A stretch of 64,000 nucleotides of DNA from an uncultured Acidimicrobiaceae bacterium (GCA_963736515.1 CAVTPE010000024.1:35017-99016), one strand, 5' to 3'. Numbered from the stretch's first letter, positions 9,961 to 19,973 are shown. The notes: generated by a model from the letters alone, not told the origin. Numbers and translations: made by a program.

Positions 9961-12702
9961 TCAACCCACGCGCTCGGGCACTCCCTCCGAGGCCATCTCG
10001 GGGAGCGGGGCGTCGGGTTCGGGACTCGACGGTCGACGCCGGCGGACCAGCCACACAATGAGCAGCACCAGCAGCAACGCGACTGAACCCAAGCTGAGAA
10101 CGCTCGCGAGCAAGAGGTGTCGTGGCCGGTAGTGGAACGTGACCACATCGTTCCCGGGCGGGACATGGACCTGCTGGACCAGATCAACGTCGTTGAGCGG
10201 GATGCTGTGGGCCTCGCTGCCGTTGACCGAAACGGTTGCGCTCCACCCCGAATCCCATGCCACCGAACGGATCACCGTGGCCGGGGAGGAGGCTCTGAGC
10301 CGGATCTGCTCGGACTTCGTCGTGCTCGAGAGGACCTGCACGGGCAGGCGGCGACCGCCGGCAGTCGAGGCGACGATGGGCTGAGGCGGCTTGCGCGCGG
10401 TGAACACCGCGTAGCCCTGGGAGAATCCGGCCACCTGCCACGGACCCGGAACCAGCGCCGATGACAACGACCCCGCGAGCTCGTAGGCATGTCCGGCCAC
10501 CGTGATCACCGTCCGCTGGGACGGCAGTGAGCCCGCCAGGACCTGGACCGAGAGGCCGACCGCGGGACCTCCCGGATGCGAGGCGGTCACGGCGCTGGAC
10601 CCTGCGGCCACGGGCACCGGCGCACCCCAGCGCGTGGTGCCGTCGGCCGACAGCGCGCCGAAGCGGACCAGCAATCCCGAGCTTGCCGGATGGTCGAGGA
10701 CGAGCGTGAAGTCATCGGGCTCGAGGGACTCCCCGAAGAACCAGGAGGCCGTTCGTCCCGTGCCGAGTGCGGGGCGAGGCCCCGGATAGAAGGGGTACGC
10801 CGTCTCGTTGAAATTTGCACCGTAGCCCCTGGTCAGCACTGGATCGGCGCCAAAACCCTCGGGGATCTGCGTGAAATCGTCGAAGGAACGCGGCGTCGAC
10901 CGCAACGGCACGAGGAAGTACTCGGGCACGGTGACGACCTCGCGGAGGTCAAGCCGGCCCAGTGTTCCGGAGGAGAGCTGGCCGACGTCAAGGTCGTCCT
11001 GCTCGTGCGTGTGCGTCGTCGCCTCGTAATTGCCGTTTACGATCGACGCGTAGCCGGACACCGAGGGCAGCCCCGGGATGATGTTGAGATCAGGTATGCC
11101 CTGGGGGCTGCCGGGGTAGCTCGAGTAGGTCTGGGGGTCGTAGTTGACCATCCGCCCGCCGGGAGGCAACTTCGCCGCCATCAGGTTCTCGATGGGCGTG
11201 GTCCCCGCCAGCAAGTCGTTGGGCGGCGTCTGGGTCAATTGGCTGGTGAAACCCATCAACCCGATGTCGACCGCGACGAACACGGTGGCCAGCGCGGACC
11301 ACGGCGCGGCACCGAGCCGGGGGCGGATCCACACCAGGACGGCCCCTCCGGCACAGAATGCGAGCGCGTTGGCGGTGGCCTGTCGGACCGTGTCGGCGAT
11401 GTGGGGCCGCAACGAGACCCCCGCGAACGCGTGCACGAGTGAGCTGGGCGCCGCCAACGCCCAGATGGCCAACGCCGCCACCAGCCCGAAGGGGAGCAAC
11501 CCCATGACCCGGTCGTAGCGCGTCATCGCCGATCGGACCTGGGGCGCCTCGATACGGTCGATCCAACCCGCGAAGAGCACGCAGACCGCCGTGGCCACCG
11601 TGATCATGTTCCGGCTCTGCAGGCGTTGGTGCCCGTACAGAGGCAGGCTGTTGAAGAGGTGCTCGAGGGGCGTGGCGGAGCCGAACGCAAGAAGGAGGCC
11701 GACGAGGCCCACGACGTACCAGGTCAGGCGATCCCGGGGCGGAATGCGACTGGGCCAGCGCGGATGCAGGAGGGTCACGAGCGCGATGATCGGCAAGATG
11801 CCGAGGTAGATGCCGACCTCGGGCAGGTTGTACCGGCCGAAGAACAGCGCCTCGTTGAGATGCCCGTACCCGCCGTCGAGGTATGGCACCAGCCCCAGGA
11901 TGCTGTAGGGCGTGGGGTAGCTCCCCGCCGAGGCGATCACTCCGGAACCTCGCTGCGAATTGCGGATGGCCTCGAGTCCGGGGAGCCACTGAATCGCGGC
12001 CAATGAAAGCGCCAGCACGCTTGCCGCGCCACACCTGCTCAGGACCCGCCACCACCGCTCGCGACTGAGACCGGCCGACATGACGGCGAAAGCGACGACG
12101 AGAAACGCCTCATCGAGCATCGCCTCGGGCGCGCCGGCGAGGATCACCGTGGCATAGGCGATCCCGAGCAGGATGCTCCAGCGCCACCGCCCGTCACGGA
12201 CGATGTGCAGGACGGCCAGGAGCATCCACGGGATCGCGACAAATCCCTCCGTCATGTCGACGTGGTTGACCTGGCTCAACACCGGCCCGGCGAACGCGTA
12301 CGTTGCCGCAGCGAGGAGGCACGCCACCGTCGAGAGTTTCAGCGCCCGCAGGAAGACGTACATCCCCACGGCGATCGCCGAGAACAAGATGACCTCGGTC
12401 GCCAACCAGGCCGCGCGATCGGGCAGGACGATGAACAGCCCCATCAAGGGGTAGAAGGCGCCGGCGTTGAAGTCCGCCATGAGCGGCGTACCGCTGAAGA
12501 TGTACTGGTTCCAGAACGGCAGCTGCCCGTGGCGCAGCATGGATCCGACCAGGATGTGGAGCGGGTAGTTCTGCTGCAGGTTGTCGCCCGTGATGAGCAG
12601 CCGGCCTCCGATCAGGTCGGGGAGCACGAACGCGGCGGTCGGGATGGCGATCAGCACGAAGTAGGGCCACAGGGGTCCGAGGTGTGCTCGTAGTCGGGTC
12701 AC
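9961..12702 (-). CDS. large polytopic membrane protein, YfhO-like GT-C glycosyltransferase family (putative)
   Basis: 913 aa. The N-terminal half is multi-TM, with GDNLQQNYPLHILVGSMLRHGQLPFWNQYIFSGTPLMADFNAGAFYP resembling the YfhO family. The C-terminal half looks soluble and ends in a final TM. Confidence 0.6.
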   Translation of the reverse strand: MTRLRAHLGPLWPYFVLIAIPTAAFVLPDLIGGRLLITGDNLQQNYPLHILVGSMLRHGQLPFWNQYIFSGTPLMADFNAGAFYPLMGLFIVLPDRAAWLATEVILFSAIAVGMYVFLRALKLSTVACLLAAATYAFAGPVLSQVNHVDMTEGFVAIPWMLLAVLHIVRDGRWRWSILLGIAYATVILAGAPEAMLDEAFLVVAFAVMSAGLSRERWWRVLSRCGAASVLALSLAAIQWLPGLEAIRNSQRGSGVIASAGSYPTPYSILGLVPYLDGGYGHLNEALFFGRYNLPEVGIYLGILPIIALVTLLHPRWPSRIPPRDRLTWYVVGLVGLLLAFGSATPLEHLFNSLPLYGHQRLQSRNMITVATAVCVLFAGWIDRIEAPQVRSAMTRYDRVMGLLPFGLVAALAIWALAAPSSLVHAFAGVSLRPHIADTVRQATANALAFCAGGAVLVWIRPRLGAAPWSALATVFVAVDIGLMGFTSQLTQTPPNDLLAGTTPIENLMAAKLPPGGRMVNYDPQTYSSYPGSPQGIPDLNIIPGLPSVSGYASIVNGNYEATTHTHEQDDLDVGQLSSGTLGRLDLREVVTVPEYFLVPLRSTPRSFDDFTQIPEGFGADPVLTRGYGANFNETAYPFYPGPRPALGTGRTASWFFGESLEPDDFTLVLDHPASSGLLVRFGALSADGTTRWGAPVPVAAGSSAVTASHPGGPAVGLSVQVLAGSLPSQRTVITVAGHAYELAGSLSSALVPGPWQVAGFSQGYAVFTARKPPQPIVASTAGGRRLPVQVLSSTTKSEQIRLRASSPATVIRSVAWDSGWSATVSVNGSEAHSIPLNDVDLVQQVHVPPGNDVVTFHYRPRHLLLASVLSLGSVALLLVLLIVWLVRRRRPSSPEPDAPLPEMASEGVPERVG

Positions 12703-12809
12703 TGGCGGGGGGATGCCTTCCGGTTACGTGGGCTGCGCGCCGTCCGCTTAAGGGCCGGAGGGGCGCGATCGCGCAAGCTAGCCCCTCACGCTGAGAATGT
12801 CCTCACAGG

Positions 12810-13083
12810 TCAGAGCGGGCGCTCCGAGGAAATCTCCTCTGGCTGCGGTTTCGTCGTCCGGCTGATGTTGCTCGACGTGGAACGCCATGAGACGTTCGGC
12901 TGCGGCGCGGGCCGTTCGAGACGGTCGATGTGGGTCCGGGCGATTGACAGCAGATCGGCGAGCAGCTCGTCACCGAGCAGGAATGGCAGCAGGCCGAGGT
13001 CGAGCACCTTGGTGTGCGCGGCGCGAGATGGAGCGCCGTCGGCCAACCCAGATACCCATCGCCCCCAGGACCAGAATCCGCAT
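12810..13083 (-). pseudogene. truncated, multiply frameshifted N-terminal remnant of an SQD1-like NAD-dependent epimerase/dehydratase
   Basis: Three adjacent pieces lie in three frames: MRILVLG, then GGDGYLGWPTALHLA, then AHTKVLDLG...LGDELLADLLSIARTHIDRLER. The first shift falls in the G5 run at 13062-13066. Only about 90 aa of an expected ~390 aa remain. Confidence 0.4.
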
Positions 13084-13324
13084 CTGACACCTTCCATTTC
13101 CATGACAGACCGATTTCACATGCGTGACATCCAAAGTCTCCCGCTATAGGCTGGGAGAACCCTGAGAATCCCGTTATCGAAGGTTTCGGGTTCCCAGAAT
13201 CGGCGACGGCTGTGGCAGAATCACTACAGTTTGATGAAGATTTTCGCTCCCGCGACAGCATCCGCGGCGGCACAGGCTAAGGAATCCTGATGGAGCTCGT
13301 GTCCCGAGCGCTACCCCCCACACC

Positions 13325-14896
13325 ATGACACCGATCCAGGCCATCCAAGACCACGCGCCGGAGCAACCGGAGCAACCTGAGCTTCGGCTCAGCCTTGCTC
13401 GCACCGCCGTGCTCGGGCTCCTCGGAAGCTCGGCAATCGTGGTTGGGGCAGTGCTCGGCGGTCAGTCCTTCGAGACCCATCTCCCGGGGGCTTGGTTCTT
13501 CGGGATGCCCGGAGGACCCTTCGGATCGTTCGGCTCCGACAGCTCACTCCCATCCATCGCCTCCCTTGCACTCGTCTTCGGGGGCCTGATCCTCCTCAGC
13601 CGCGTCTGGTTCGGGTTCCTGCGTCACCTGAACAGGCACAATGGCGTCCCCGTGAAGCGCGTCGTGCTCGTGGTCACGATCTGGGCGATACCGCTACTGC
13701 TGGCGCCACCACTCTTCAGCCGGGACGTTTACACGTACTCGGCGCAGGGCGAAATGGTGAGCCACCACATCAACCCGTACTCTTACGGTCCCGAGGTGCT
13801 CGGCGCGACGCCGTTCAACCAGATGGCCGACACGGTGTGGTCCGGGACCGAGTCGCCCTACGGTCCCACGTTCCTGAGTGTGGACGGCCTGCTCGACCAG
13901 GCCTCCGGCCACCAGATCCTGCCCGACCTCTTGCTCCTCCGGCTGCTCGAGGTCGCCGGTATCGCCATGGTCGTGGCGGCGACGCCGACGCTCGCCCGGG
14001 CGCTCAAACACGACCCCGCTCATGCCGTCCTGATCGGGGCGGGTTCCCCCCTCGTGCTGCTGTCGTCGATCGGAGGCTCCCACAACGACGCGTTGATGAT
14101 CGGACTGCTCGTGGCCGGTCTGGCCGTGGCCAAACGTTTCGGCACCGTGCCCGGGGTGATCCTTTGTGCCCTGGGTGCCGGGGTGAAGTCCCCCGCGCTC
14201 CTCGGCGTCCTCTTCCTCGGTTGGGTCTGGGCCGGAAAAGAGGCCTCCACCCGGCGTCGCATCGGGCACACCGCGGTGGCCGGAATGATCGCGCTGGCCA
14301 CGATGGAGACGGTCGCGCTCATTTCCGGGACCGGTTGGGGCTGGGTCCGGACGACCAGCACCGCCGACGCCTCCTTCACGGGCGTGACTCCCGTCAACGT
14401 CGTCGCACGGTCCGTCTCCATCGTCAGCCACATCTTCCAAGTCCCGATCTCCACCCTGACCGTCCGACCCGTTTTCAGCGTGCTCGGGCTGCTCATCGCG
14501 GTGTACGTGGGGTACCGGCTCCTGCTGCGCTCTCCTCAGGAAGGAGTCGTCCGCTGCCTGGGTCTCACCATGCTGGTGCTGGCCTTGCTCGGGCCGATCG
14601 TGTGGGCCTGGTACGTGACGTGGGGCGTGATCGTCGTTGCGCCGGCCGCCATCGGCCGCCTTCGATCAGCGCTCATTGTGATCAGCACCTTCTGGGCCTT
14701 CGCCGGCATGACCGCAGTCCATGGCATCTACATGCGTCTCATCCACACCTTCGTGCTGACGGACCTGCTGCTCGTGGCGATGTTGCTGGCCGTGGCCATC
14801 ACACCACTCGGCCAATTCACCCCCGTACGCCGCACCCACCTGCCGCGTGTGACACCAGGGGTGCTGGCGGGCACGGGCGTCGGCGCCACGACCTGA
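13325..14896 (+). CDS. GT-C family polyprenol-phosphate-sugar dependent glycosyl(mannosyl)transferase, MptB/GT87-like
   Basis: 523 aa and polytopic. FSRDVYTYSAQGEMVSHHINPYSYGPEVLG...ESPYGPTF matches the loop motif of MptB-type alpha-1,6-mannosyltransferases. Confidence 0.6.
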   Translation: MTPIQAIQDHAPEQPEQPELRLSLARTAVLGLLGSSAIVVGAVLGGQSFETHLPGAWFFGMPGGPFGSFGSDSSLPSIASLALVFGGLILLSRVWFGFLRHLNRHNGVPVKRVVLVVTIWAIPLLLAPPLFSRDVYTYSAQGEMVSHHINPYSYGPEVLGATPFNQMADTVWSGTESPYGPTFLSVDGLLDQASGHQILPDLLLLRLLEVAGIAMVVAATPTLARALKHDPAHAVLIGAGSPLVLLSSIGGSHNDALMIGLLVAGLAVAKRFGTVPGVILCALGAGVKSPALLGVLFLGWVWAGKEASTRRRIGHTAVAGMIALATMETVALISGTGWGWVRTTSTADASFTGVTPVNVVARSVSIVSHIFQVPISTLTVRPVFSVLGLLIAVYVGYRLLLRSPQEGVVRCLGLTMLVLALLGPIVWAWYVTWGVIVVAPAAIGRLRSALIVISTFWAFAGMTAVHGIYMRLIHTFVLTDLLLVAMLLAVAITPLGQFTPVRRTHLPRVTPGVLAGTGVGATT

Positions 14897-14914
14897 ATCC
14901 GGGCCCCGCCGCGT

Positions 14915-15334
14915 TCAGTCGGCCAGGTTGAAGGCCGACACGACCCGGCCGGGACGGAGGCGCACCACCAGCTCACCGGCGACGCCGTTGCGGGCCCCGT
15001 ACTCCTCTGCCCGGGCGGCGCCCATGTAGCGCCCGCCCAGCCGGGTCGCCCACCGACGAACTTCGTCGAGATCGTCGCTGATTTCGGCCACACCCTCCAC
15101 CACCACGAAGCTGAAGGTTCGATCGTCGTCCACACAGATGGAGGCTCGCGGATCCCTCCGCAGGTTTCGACCCTTCACGGTCGATGCACCCGTGTTGAAA
15201 ACCAATGCGCCGTCGCGGTCGACGTCGTACCAGACCGGCGCCAGATGCGGTCGGCCGTCGGCGCGCACGGTGGCCAACTTGGCGGTCCGGGGCGGGAGGG
15301 CGGTGAGAAAAGCCTGCACCTGTTCGTCCGCCAT
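14915..15334 (-). CDS. PPOX-class (pyridoxamine 5'-phosphate oxidase-like) probable F420-dependent enzyme
   Basis: AKLATVRADGRPHLAPVWYDVDRDGALVFNTGASTVKGRNLRRDPRASICVDD. I chose ATG 15334; the longest ORF reaches 15415. Confidence 0.75.
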   Translation of the reverse strand: MADEQVQAFLTALPPRTAKLATVRADGRPHLAPVWYDVDRDGALVFNTGASTVKGRNLRRDPRASICVDDDRTFSFVVVEGVAEISDDLDEVRRWATRLGGRYMGAARAEEYGARNGVAGELVVRLRPGRVVSAFNLAD

Positions 15335-15395
15335 CAGATGGCCGCCGTCTGCGATGGGAGTGACGACACCGACCACACGGACGCCGCTCTCGCGC

Positions 15396-15860
15396 TCACT
15401 CCGGGGTGCCGCCATTGGCGCTGTAGGCCTCAGTCCAGGCCTTGATCATCGGTCCGAAGGCTGCCGGGTTGTACGCATCCTCCTCGTAAGAGAACTTCAT
15501 GTCACCGGCGTAATGCAGCACCGTGATGTTGTGCGCCTGGTGCACAGACCCGTCGCCGGGGTCCTTCATCCGGTTCTCAATCCGGCACACCCACCAGCCG
15601 CGCTCCTCGTCGCATACGCACCAGGAGTGCGGGAACGAGTTCATGTCTCGATTCGGCCACTCGGCCATGAGGGGAGCGATCCAAGCGTAGATCTCGTTTG
15701 GACCGTGGAAGGTGCCGAACACGTGCTCGAGATACACGGCGTCTGGAGTGAAGAGGTCGGCCCAGTCGCGCCACTGTCCGCTGGCCGCGCACCGGCCTGC
15801 TGTCTCCATGTAGTGCTGGTGTGCCCGCTCCAGCTCGTCCCGGCTCCACTTCTGGGTCAT
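15396..15860 (-). CDS. NTF2-like (SnoaL-type) domain protein
   Basis: About 154 aa with ATGA start/stop overlap with the upstream gene. YMETAGRCAASGQWRDWADLFTPDAVYLEHVFGTFHGPNEIYAWI fits the NTF2-like fold family. Confidence 0.6.
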   Translation of the reverse strand: MTQKWSRDELERAHQHYMETAGRCAASGQWRDWADLFTPDAVYLEHVFGTFHGPNEIYAWIAPLMAEWPNRDMNSFPHSWCVCDEERGWWVCRIENRMKDPGDGSVHQAHNITVLHYAGDMKFSYEEDAYNPAAFGPMIKAWTEAYSANGGTPE

Positions 15861-16579
15861 GACTTCAGTATCCATTCACTCATGGTGACACTGCGCAAGG
15901 TGCTCAGGTCCACGAACGCGTTGATCTCCTCGATCATCTGGGTGATGTGGGCATTCATGCGCTCCGGGTCGCCGTCCGCGCAGTAGAACAGCATCGGATC
16001 GGTCACGTGCTCGAGGGAAGGCCACGCCTCCTCCACGATCCCGGCCACCGGTGGCGCTCCCGGGGTGATCGGCCGGAACACCGCGTTGCGAACGTAGCGG
16101 GCGCGGGGCTGGATCGCTTCGGTGATGGGCGAGATCCTGGTGTGCCAGCGCGTGATCCACTCGTCGTAGCTCTGCTCGGGGTGCTGCTGCAGCAGCGCCA
16201 CCGTCAGCACGCCGGGCGAACGCTCGCCGTCGGGCCACCCTCGTGGGGCCGACCACTGGTTGCCCCCGTAGTCCCGATAGAGCGACTCGACCACCGAGTA
16301 GCCGGCCACGCGGTCGGCGGCCGCTGTCAGCACACCTTCGAACCCCTCGCGCTGCTCAATCGACTCCACCCACAGTGAGACGAGTCCGTGCAGGGGCGTC
16401 TCACCCTCGGGCGCGGGCACGGGGGCCGGGATATCGCTCTCGGGATCCCAGACGTCGATGGTGAGGCCCACGGGATCGAGAGCCAGGAGCTCCTCCCCCA
16501 CCTGGCCGATCATCACCTCGGCCACCTCTGACCGGGAGCTCCCCGCACCGAGCCAGGTCAGATACATCAGTTTTTCCAT
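15857..16579 (-). CDS. conserved hypothetical protein, possible tandem EthD-like (dimeric alpha/beta barrel) domains
   Basis: GGAAGGAG RBS lies 5 nt upstream of ATG 16579. The second half (LLQQHPEQSYDEWITRWHTRISP...RYVRNAVFRP...AGIVEEAWPS) resembles EthD. Confidence 0.55.
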   Translation of the reverse strand: MEKLMYLTWLGAGSSRSEVAEVMIGQVGEELLALDPVGLTIDVWDPESDIPAPVPAPEGETPLHGLVSLWVESIEQREGFEGVLTAAADRVAGYSVVESLYRDYGGNQWSAPRGWPDGERSPGVLTVALLQQHPEQSYDEWITRWHTRISPITEAIQPRARYVRNAVFRPITPGAPPVAGIVEEAWPSLEHVTDPMLFYCADGDPERMNAHITQMIEEINAFVDLSTLRSVTMSEWILKS

Positions 16580-16592
16580 TCTGCTCCTTCCC

Positions 16593-17381
16593 TCACCACG
16601 TGAGCCCCAGCGCCTCTCGCATCGTCGTCTCGAACTCGGCGTCACCGAGCGTCCGCCGCAGCTGCAGCACCGCGACGGCGTCCTGGCCGACCTCGACCCG
16701 CAGCGGTGTGGCCGGGTCCTCGAGGGCGTCGGCCACCGCCGCCGCCACCAGCTCCGGTCCCGGCCGACCTGCGGGCCCGGTCAAGGTGGCCACCGTCCCG
16801 CTCCACTCCGCGTGGAGGTCCGCGTAGATCGCTGGACCGGGGTGGTCGTCATCGTGCTTCATCCCCGGCGCGATGTACCCGGGCTCAATGATCACGACCC
16901 GGATCCCGAAGTGCCCGAGCTCGAAGTAAAGCGACTCCGACAGAGCCTCGAGAGCATGCTTCGAGGCGGCGTAGGGGCCTTCGAGGGGCGTCCCGATCTT
17001 GCCCTGCACCGAGCTGACGTTGACGAGCACGCCGCTACCCCGCTCGCGCCAACCGGGCACGACCGCTTGAGCCATGCGCAATGGGCCCACTGTGTTCACG
17101 GCGAGCACACGGTCGAAAGAGTCGAGCGGGTAGGTCTCGAGCGGACCGGAGCCGGGAACGCCGGCGTTGTTCACAACGGCGTCGAGCTCCCCGGCCACCG
17201 CCACGGCGGCGCGCACCGATCCCTCGTCGCTGACGTCGAGCTGCAGGACCTGAGCCGCCGGCAATCCATCGAGCGAAGCCGGGTTCCGGGCCGTGGCCAC
17301 CACGTCGTGGCCCCGTTCGGCCAGCACCTCGACCGTGGCGCGACCGATGGCGCGGGCCGCACCCGTCACCAGAACGCGCAC
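16593..17381 (-). CDS. SDR-family oxidoreductase
   Basis: VLVTGAARAIGRA, NNAG, YAASKHALEAL. The GTG start is 3 nt after the upstream stop. Confidence 0.85.
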   Translation of the reverse strand: MRVLVTGAARAIGRATVEVLAERGHDVVATARNPASLDGLPAAQVLQLDVSDEGSVRAAVAVAGELDAVVNNAGVPGSGPLETYPLDSFDRVLAVNTVGPLRMAQAVVPGWRERGSGVLVNVSSVQGKIGTPLEGPYAASKHALEALSESLYFELGHFGIRVVIIEPGYIAPGMKHDDDHPGPAIYADLHAEWSGTVATLTGPAGRPGPELVAAAVADALEDPATPLRVEVGQDAVAVLQLRRTLGDAEFETTMREALGLTW

Positions 17382-17384
17382 CGC

Positions 17385-18254
17385 TCAGACCGCCGCGGGG
17401 GGGACCAGGCGGACCAGGTCCTCGCTCACCCGCCACAGCCGACCCGCTGCCTCGGGATCCTGCGCCCAGCGACTTGGCTGCTTCGGTTTGCACTTGACGA
17501 AGTACTGACCACTTACCCCCTCGACGTCGGGAGACGAGGCCAGGTACACCGAAGTGCGGGCCCCCTTGGCCGGCGAGAGGAAGAACGGGCTGGCTATCTT
17601 GATACCGAAAGCCAGCAACCCTCCGGTATCCCCGTCGCCCCCGTAGCCGGTGCGCACGGTCCCGGGATGGAGGGAGTTCGCCGTGACGCCCTTGCCCTCC
17701 AAACGCCGGGCCAGCTCCAGGGTGAACAAGATGTTGGCCAGCTTCGACTGCCCGTACACCCGCATGCCCCGGTACTGCTTCTTGGACTGCAGATCGTCGA
17801 AAGGCAACCCCCGGCGTGCCGCGCTGTGGGCCGTCGACGCCACGTTGACGATGCGCGCCGGTGCCGACCCGGTGATCCGGTCCAACAGGAGGTTGGTCAG
17901 GAGGAACGGACCGAGATGATTCGTCGCGAACGTCGCCTCGTACCCGTCCACCGTCTCGGCACGCTCGGTGAGCACCAAGCCCGCATTGTTCACGAGCACG
18001 TCGAGGCGGGGTGCCTGTTCGAGGATCTCTGCCGCACCCCGCCGGACGGAGGCCAGGTCAGCGAGGTCGAAGACGACGAGCTGGACCTGACCGTCGCCAC
18101 CGAGCCGTTGTGCGATCGCCGAGACCGCGGCTCTGCCCTTGTCGGCGTTGCGAGCGGTCACCAGGACTCGGGCTCCCATCGAGGCCGACGCGACCGCCGT
18201 CTCGAACCCGATCCCGGAATTGCCACCGGTGACGACGACGGTTCTCCCCTTCAT
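17385..18254 (-). CDS. SDR-family oxidoreductase (retinol-dehydrogenase/WWOX-like subgroup)
   Basis: TVVVTGGNSGIGFETA, VLVNNAG, YGQSKLANILF. I chose ATG 18254; the longest ORF starts at 18305. Confidence 0.85.
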   Translation of the reverse strand: MKGRTVVVTGGNSGIGFETAVASASMGARVLVTARNADKGRAAVSAIAQRLGGDGQVQLVVFDLADLASVRRGAAEILEQAPRLDVLVNNAGLVLTERAETVDGYEATFATNHLGPFLLTNLLLDRITGSAPARIVNVASTAHSAARRGLPFDDLQSKKQYRGMRVYGQSKLANILFTLELARRLEGKGVTANSLHPGTVRTGYGGDGDTGGLLAFGIKIASPFFLSPAKGARTSVYLASSPDVEGVSGQYFVKCKPKQPSRWAQDPEAAGRLWRVSEDLVRLVPPAAV

Positions 18255-18347
18255 GTCAGGCACCGCGAGGCCTCCTCGTGACGAGCAGGCGTCAGCATTC
18301 CACAACCCCGACCGCCGAACAGCCGCTGACCAACGAACAGAGGCTGG

Positions 18348-19973
18348 TCAGCGCCAGGTGTCCCGGGACTCGACCAGTCCGCGTTCGGGGTGGAGGAAAC
18401 TGCCGCTCAGCGTCCGCTCCGCCGTGCGCATCTGCCATTGGAGCAGCTCTCGTGTCGCCGCCCAGGCGGCGTCGCCCGCCCCGGCGTCCCCGTCGTGCAG
18501 CAGGTTGTGCGTCTGCTCCGGGTCCCGGGCGAGGTCGAACAGCAACGGAGGAAACAGGGCGGCGTCTGCGGCGAACTGGACGTACTTGTGCCGTGGCCCA
18601 CGGGACACCGCCAGCGCACAATGACTCATCGGGATCCCGAATGATCTTTCGGCCAGCAGGTTCGCCGGGTCCGAGAAGCTCCATTCGAAGTGGGCGGTGT
18701 CGCGCCAGTGCTCGGGGGCCGGCTCACCGCGGAGGAACGGCCGGAGCGACCAGCCGTCGACTTGCAGGGGCACCTCAACGCCCATGAAGTCACAGATGGT
18801 CGGCAGCACGTCGACTGATTCGGTCACCGCCTCGACGATGGTCCCCCGCGACACGTCCGCCTCCACGCGTGGGTCGACCACGATCAGTGGCACGTGGTAG
18901 CTCTCGTCCCAGAAGCCGAGCTTCTCGAGTAGCCAATGGTCGCCACCCATCTCCCCGTGATCGCTGGTGAGCACCACCAGGGTGGACTCGGCCAGACCGC
19001 TACCGGCGAGGTACTCGAAGAGCGGCGCCAACCCGTCGTCCACCTCGCGCTGTGCGCCGTAGTAGGTCGCCCGCACCTGGCGGCGCTCCCGTTGGTCTCG
19101 CGGCGCGCCCACCCCGGGCAACTCGATGGCGACTGCACCGAGTGGGTGGATCGCCCCCTCCTCCTCGGGGGTCGCACACCCGACGAACTCATCGACCACA
19201 TCCGCCCGATAGAGGTCGTGATACCCGACGGGGTTCCGGCGCGGCGGGTGCGGCCGGATGAAGGAGGCATGGACGAAGAACGGCGCGTCCCCGTTCTGCT
19301 CCAACCATTCGACCACGGACTGGCGCACGAAGGTCGTCTGGGAGAGCTCCACGGGAAAGCGGGCCGGCGCCCACGTCGATCCATGGGAGTCGGTCCCGGG
19401 GAACCCTTCGATCGGCTCGTAGAGTTCGTGCGGGTTGGCGGGGACGTCGAACCCCTTGCCTGCGAGCCAGCGGCCCCACGCCGGGCTCCCCTTCTCCCAC
19501 GGGTCTTCGACGAGGGCGCGGAATCCGGGCAGAACTCCCTCGTAACTGAACAATCTGGGGTCGCCGGGCGGGACGGTGCGCGGATCGATCGAGGAGTCGG
19601 TGTACCCGAAGAGCACGGGGTCGTAGCCCGCCTCGCGGGCCAACCGCGCCACGTTGGTGAAGCGATCATCCAACGGGGTGCCATTGAGGAGGGAGCGGTT
19701 TCGGTGCTGGTACGTGCCGGTGTAGAGGCAGGCCCGTGAAGGCCCGCACGGCGCCGCATTGGCCCAGTGGTTCGCGAACAGGACACCCCGGCCCGCCAAC
19801 GCGTCCAGGGTCGGCGTCTCGAGTACCGGATGGCGGAGGGCCGACAGGCAGTCGCCGCGCCACTGGTCGAGCGTGATGAAGAGGACGTTGCGCAGCGGCG
19901 GCACAGGGAGACTCTTGCCGATATCGGGCGCTCGAGCCTGGCCCGCTCGGCGACCGACCACGGCCGGACTCAA
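18348..19973 (-). CDS. sulfatase (formylglycine-dependent, alkaline-phosphatase superfamily)
   Basis: NVLFITLDQWRGD and the C-x-P-x-R maturation motif APCGPSRACLYTG. 541 aa with a TTG start at 19973. Confidence 0.85.
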   Translation of the reverse strand: MSPAVVGRRAGQARAPDIGKSLPVPPLRNVLFITLDQWRGDCLSALRHPVLETPTLDALAGRGVLFANHWANAAPCGPSRACLYTGTYQHRNRSLLNGTPLDDRFTNVARLAREAGYDPVLFGYTDSSIDPRTVPPGDPRLFSYEGVLPGFRALVEDPWEKGSPAWGRWLAGKGFDVPANPHELYEPIEGFPGTDSHGSTWAPARFPVELSQTTFVRQSVVEWLEQNGDAPFFVHASFIRPHPPRRNPVGYHDLYRADVVDEFVGCATPEEEGAIHPLGAVAIELPGVGAPRDQRERRQVRATYYGAQREVDDGLAPLFEYLAGSGLAESTLVVLTSDHGEMGGDHWLLEKLGFWDESYHVPLIVVDPRVEADVSRGTIVEAVTESVDVLPTICDFMGVEVPLQVDGWSLRPFLRGEPAPEHWRDTAHFEWSFSDPANLLAERSFGIPMSHCALAVSRGPRHKYVQFAADAALFPPLLFDLARDPEQTHNLLHDGDAGAGDAAWAATRELLQWQMRTAERTLSGSFLHPERGLVESRDTWR

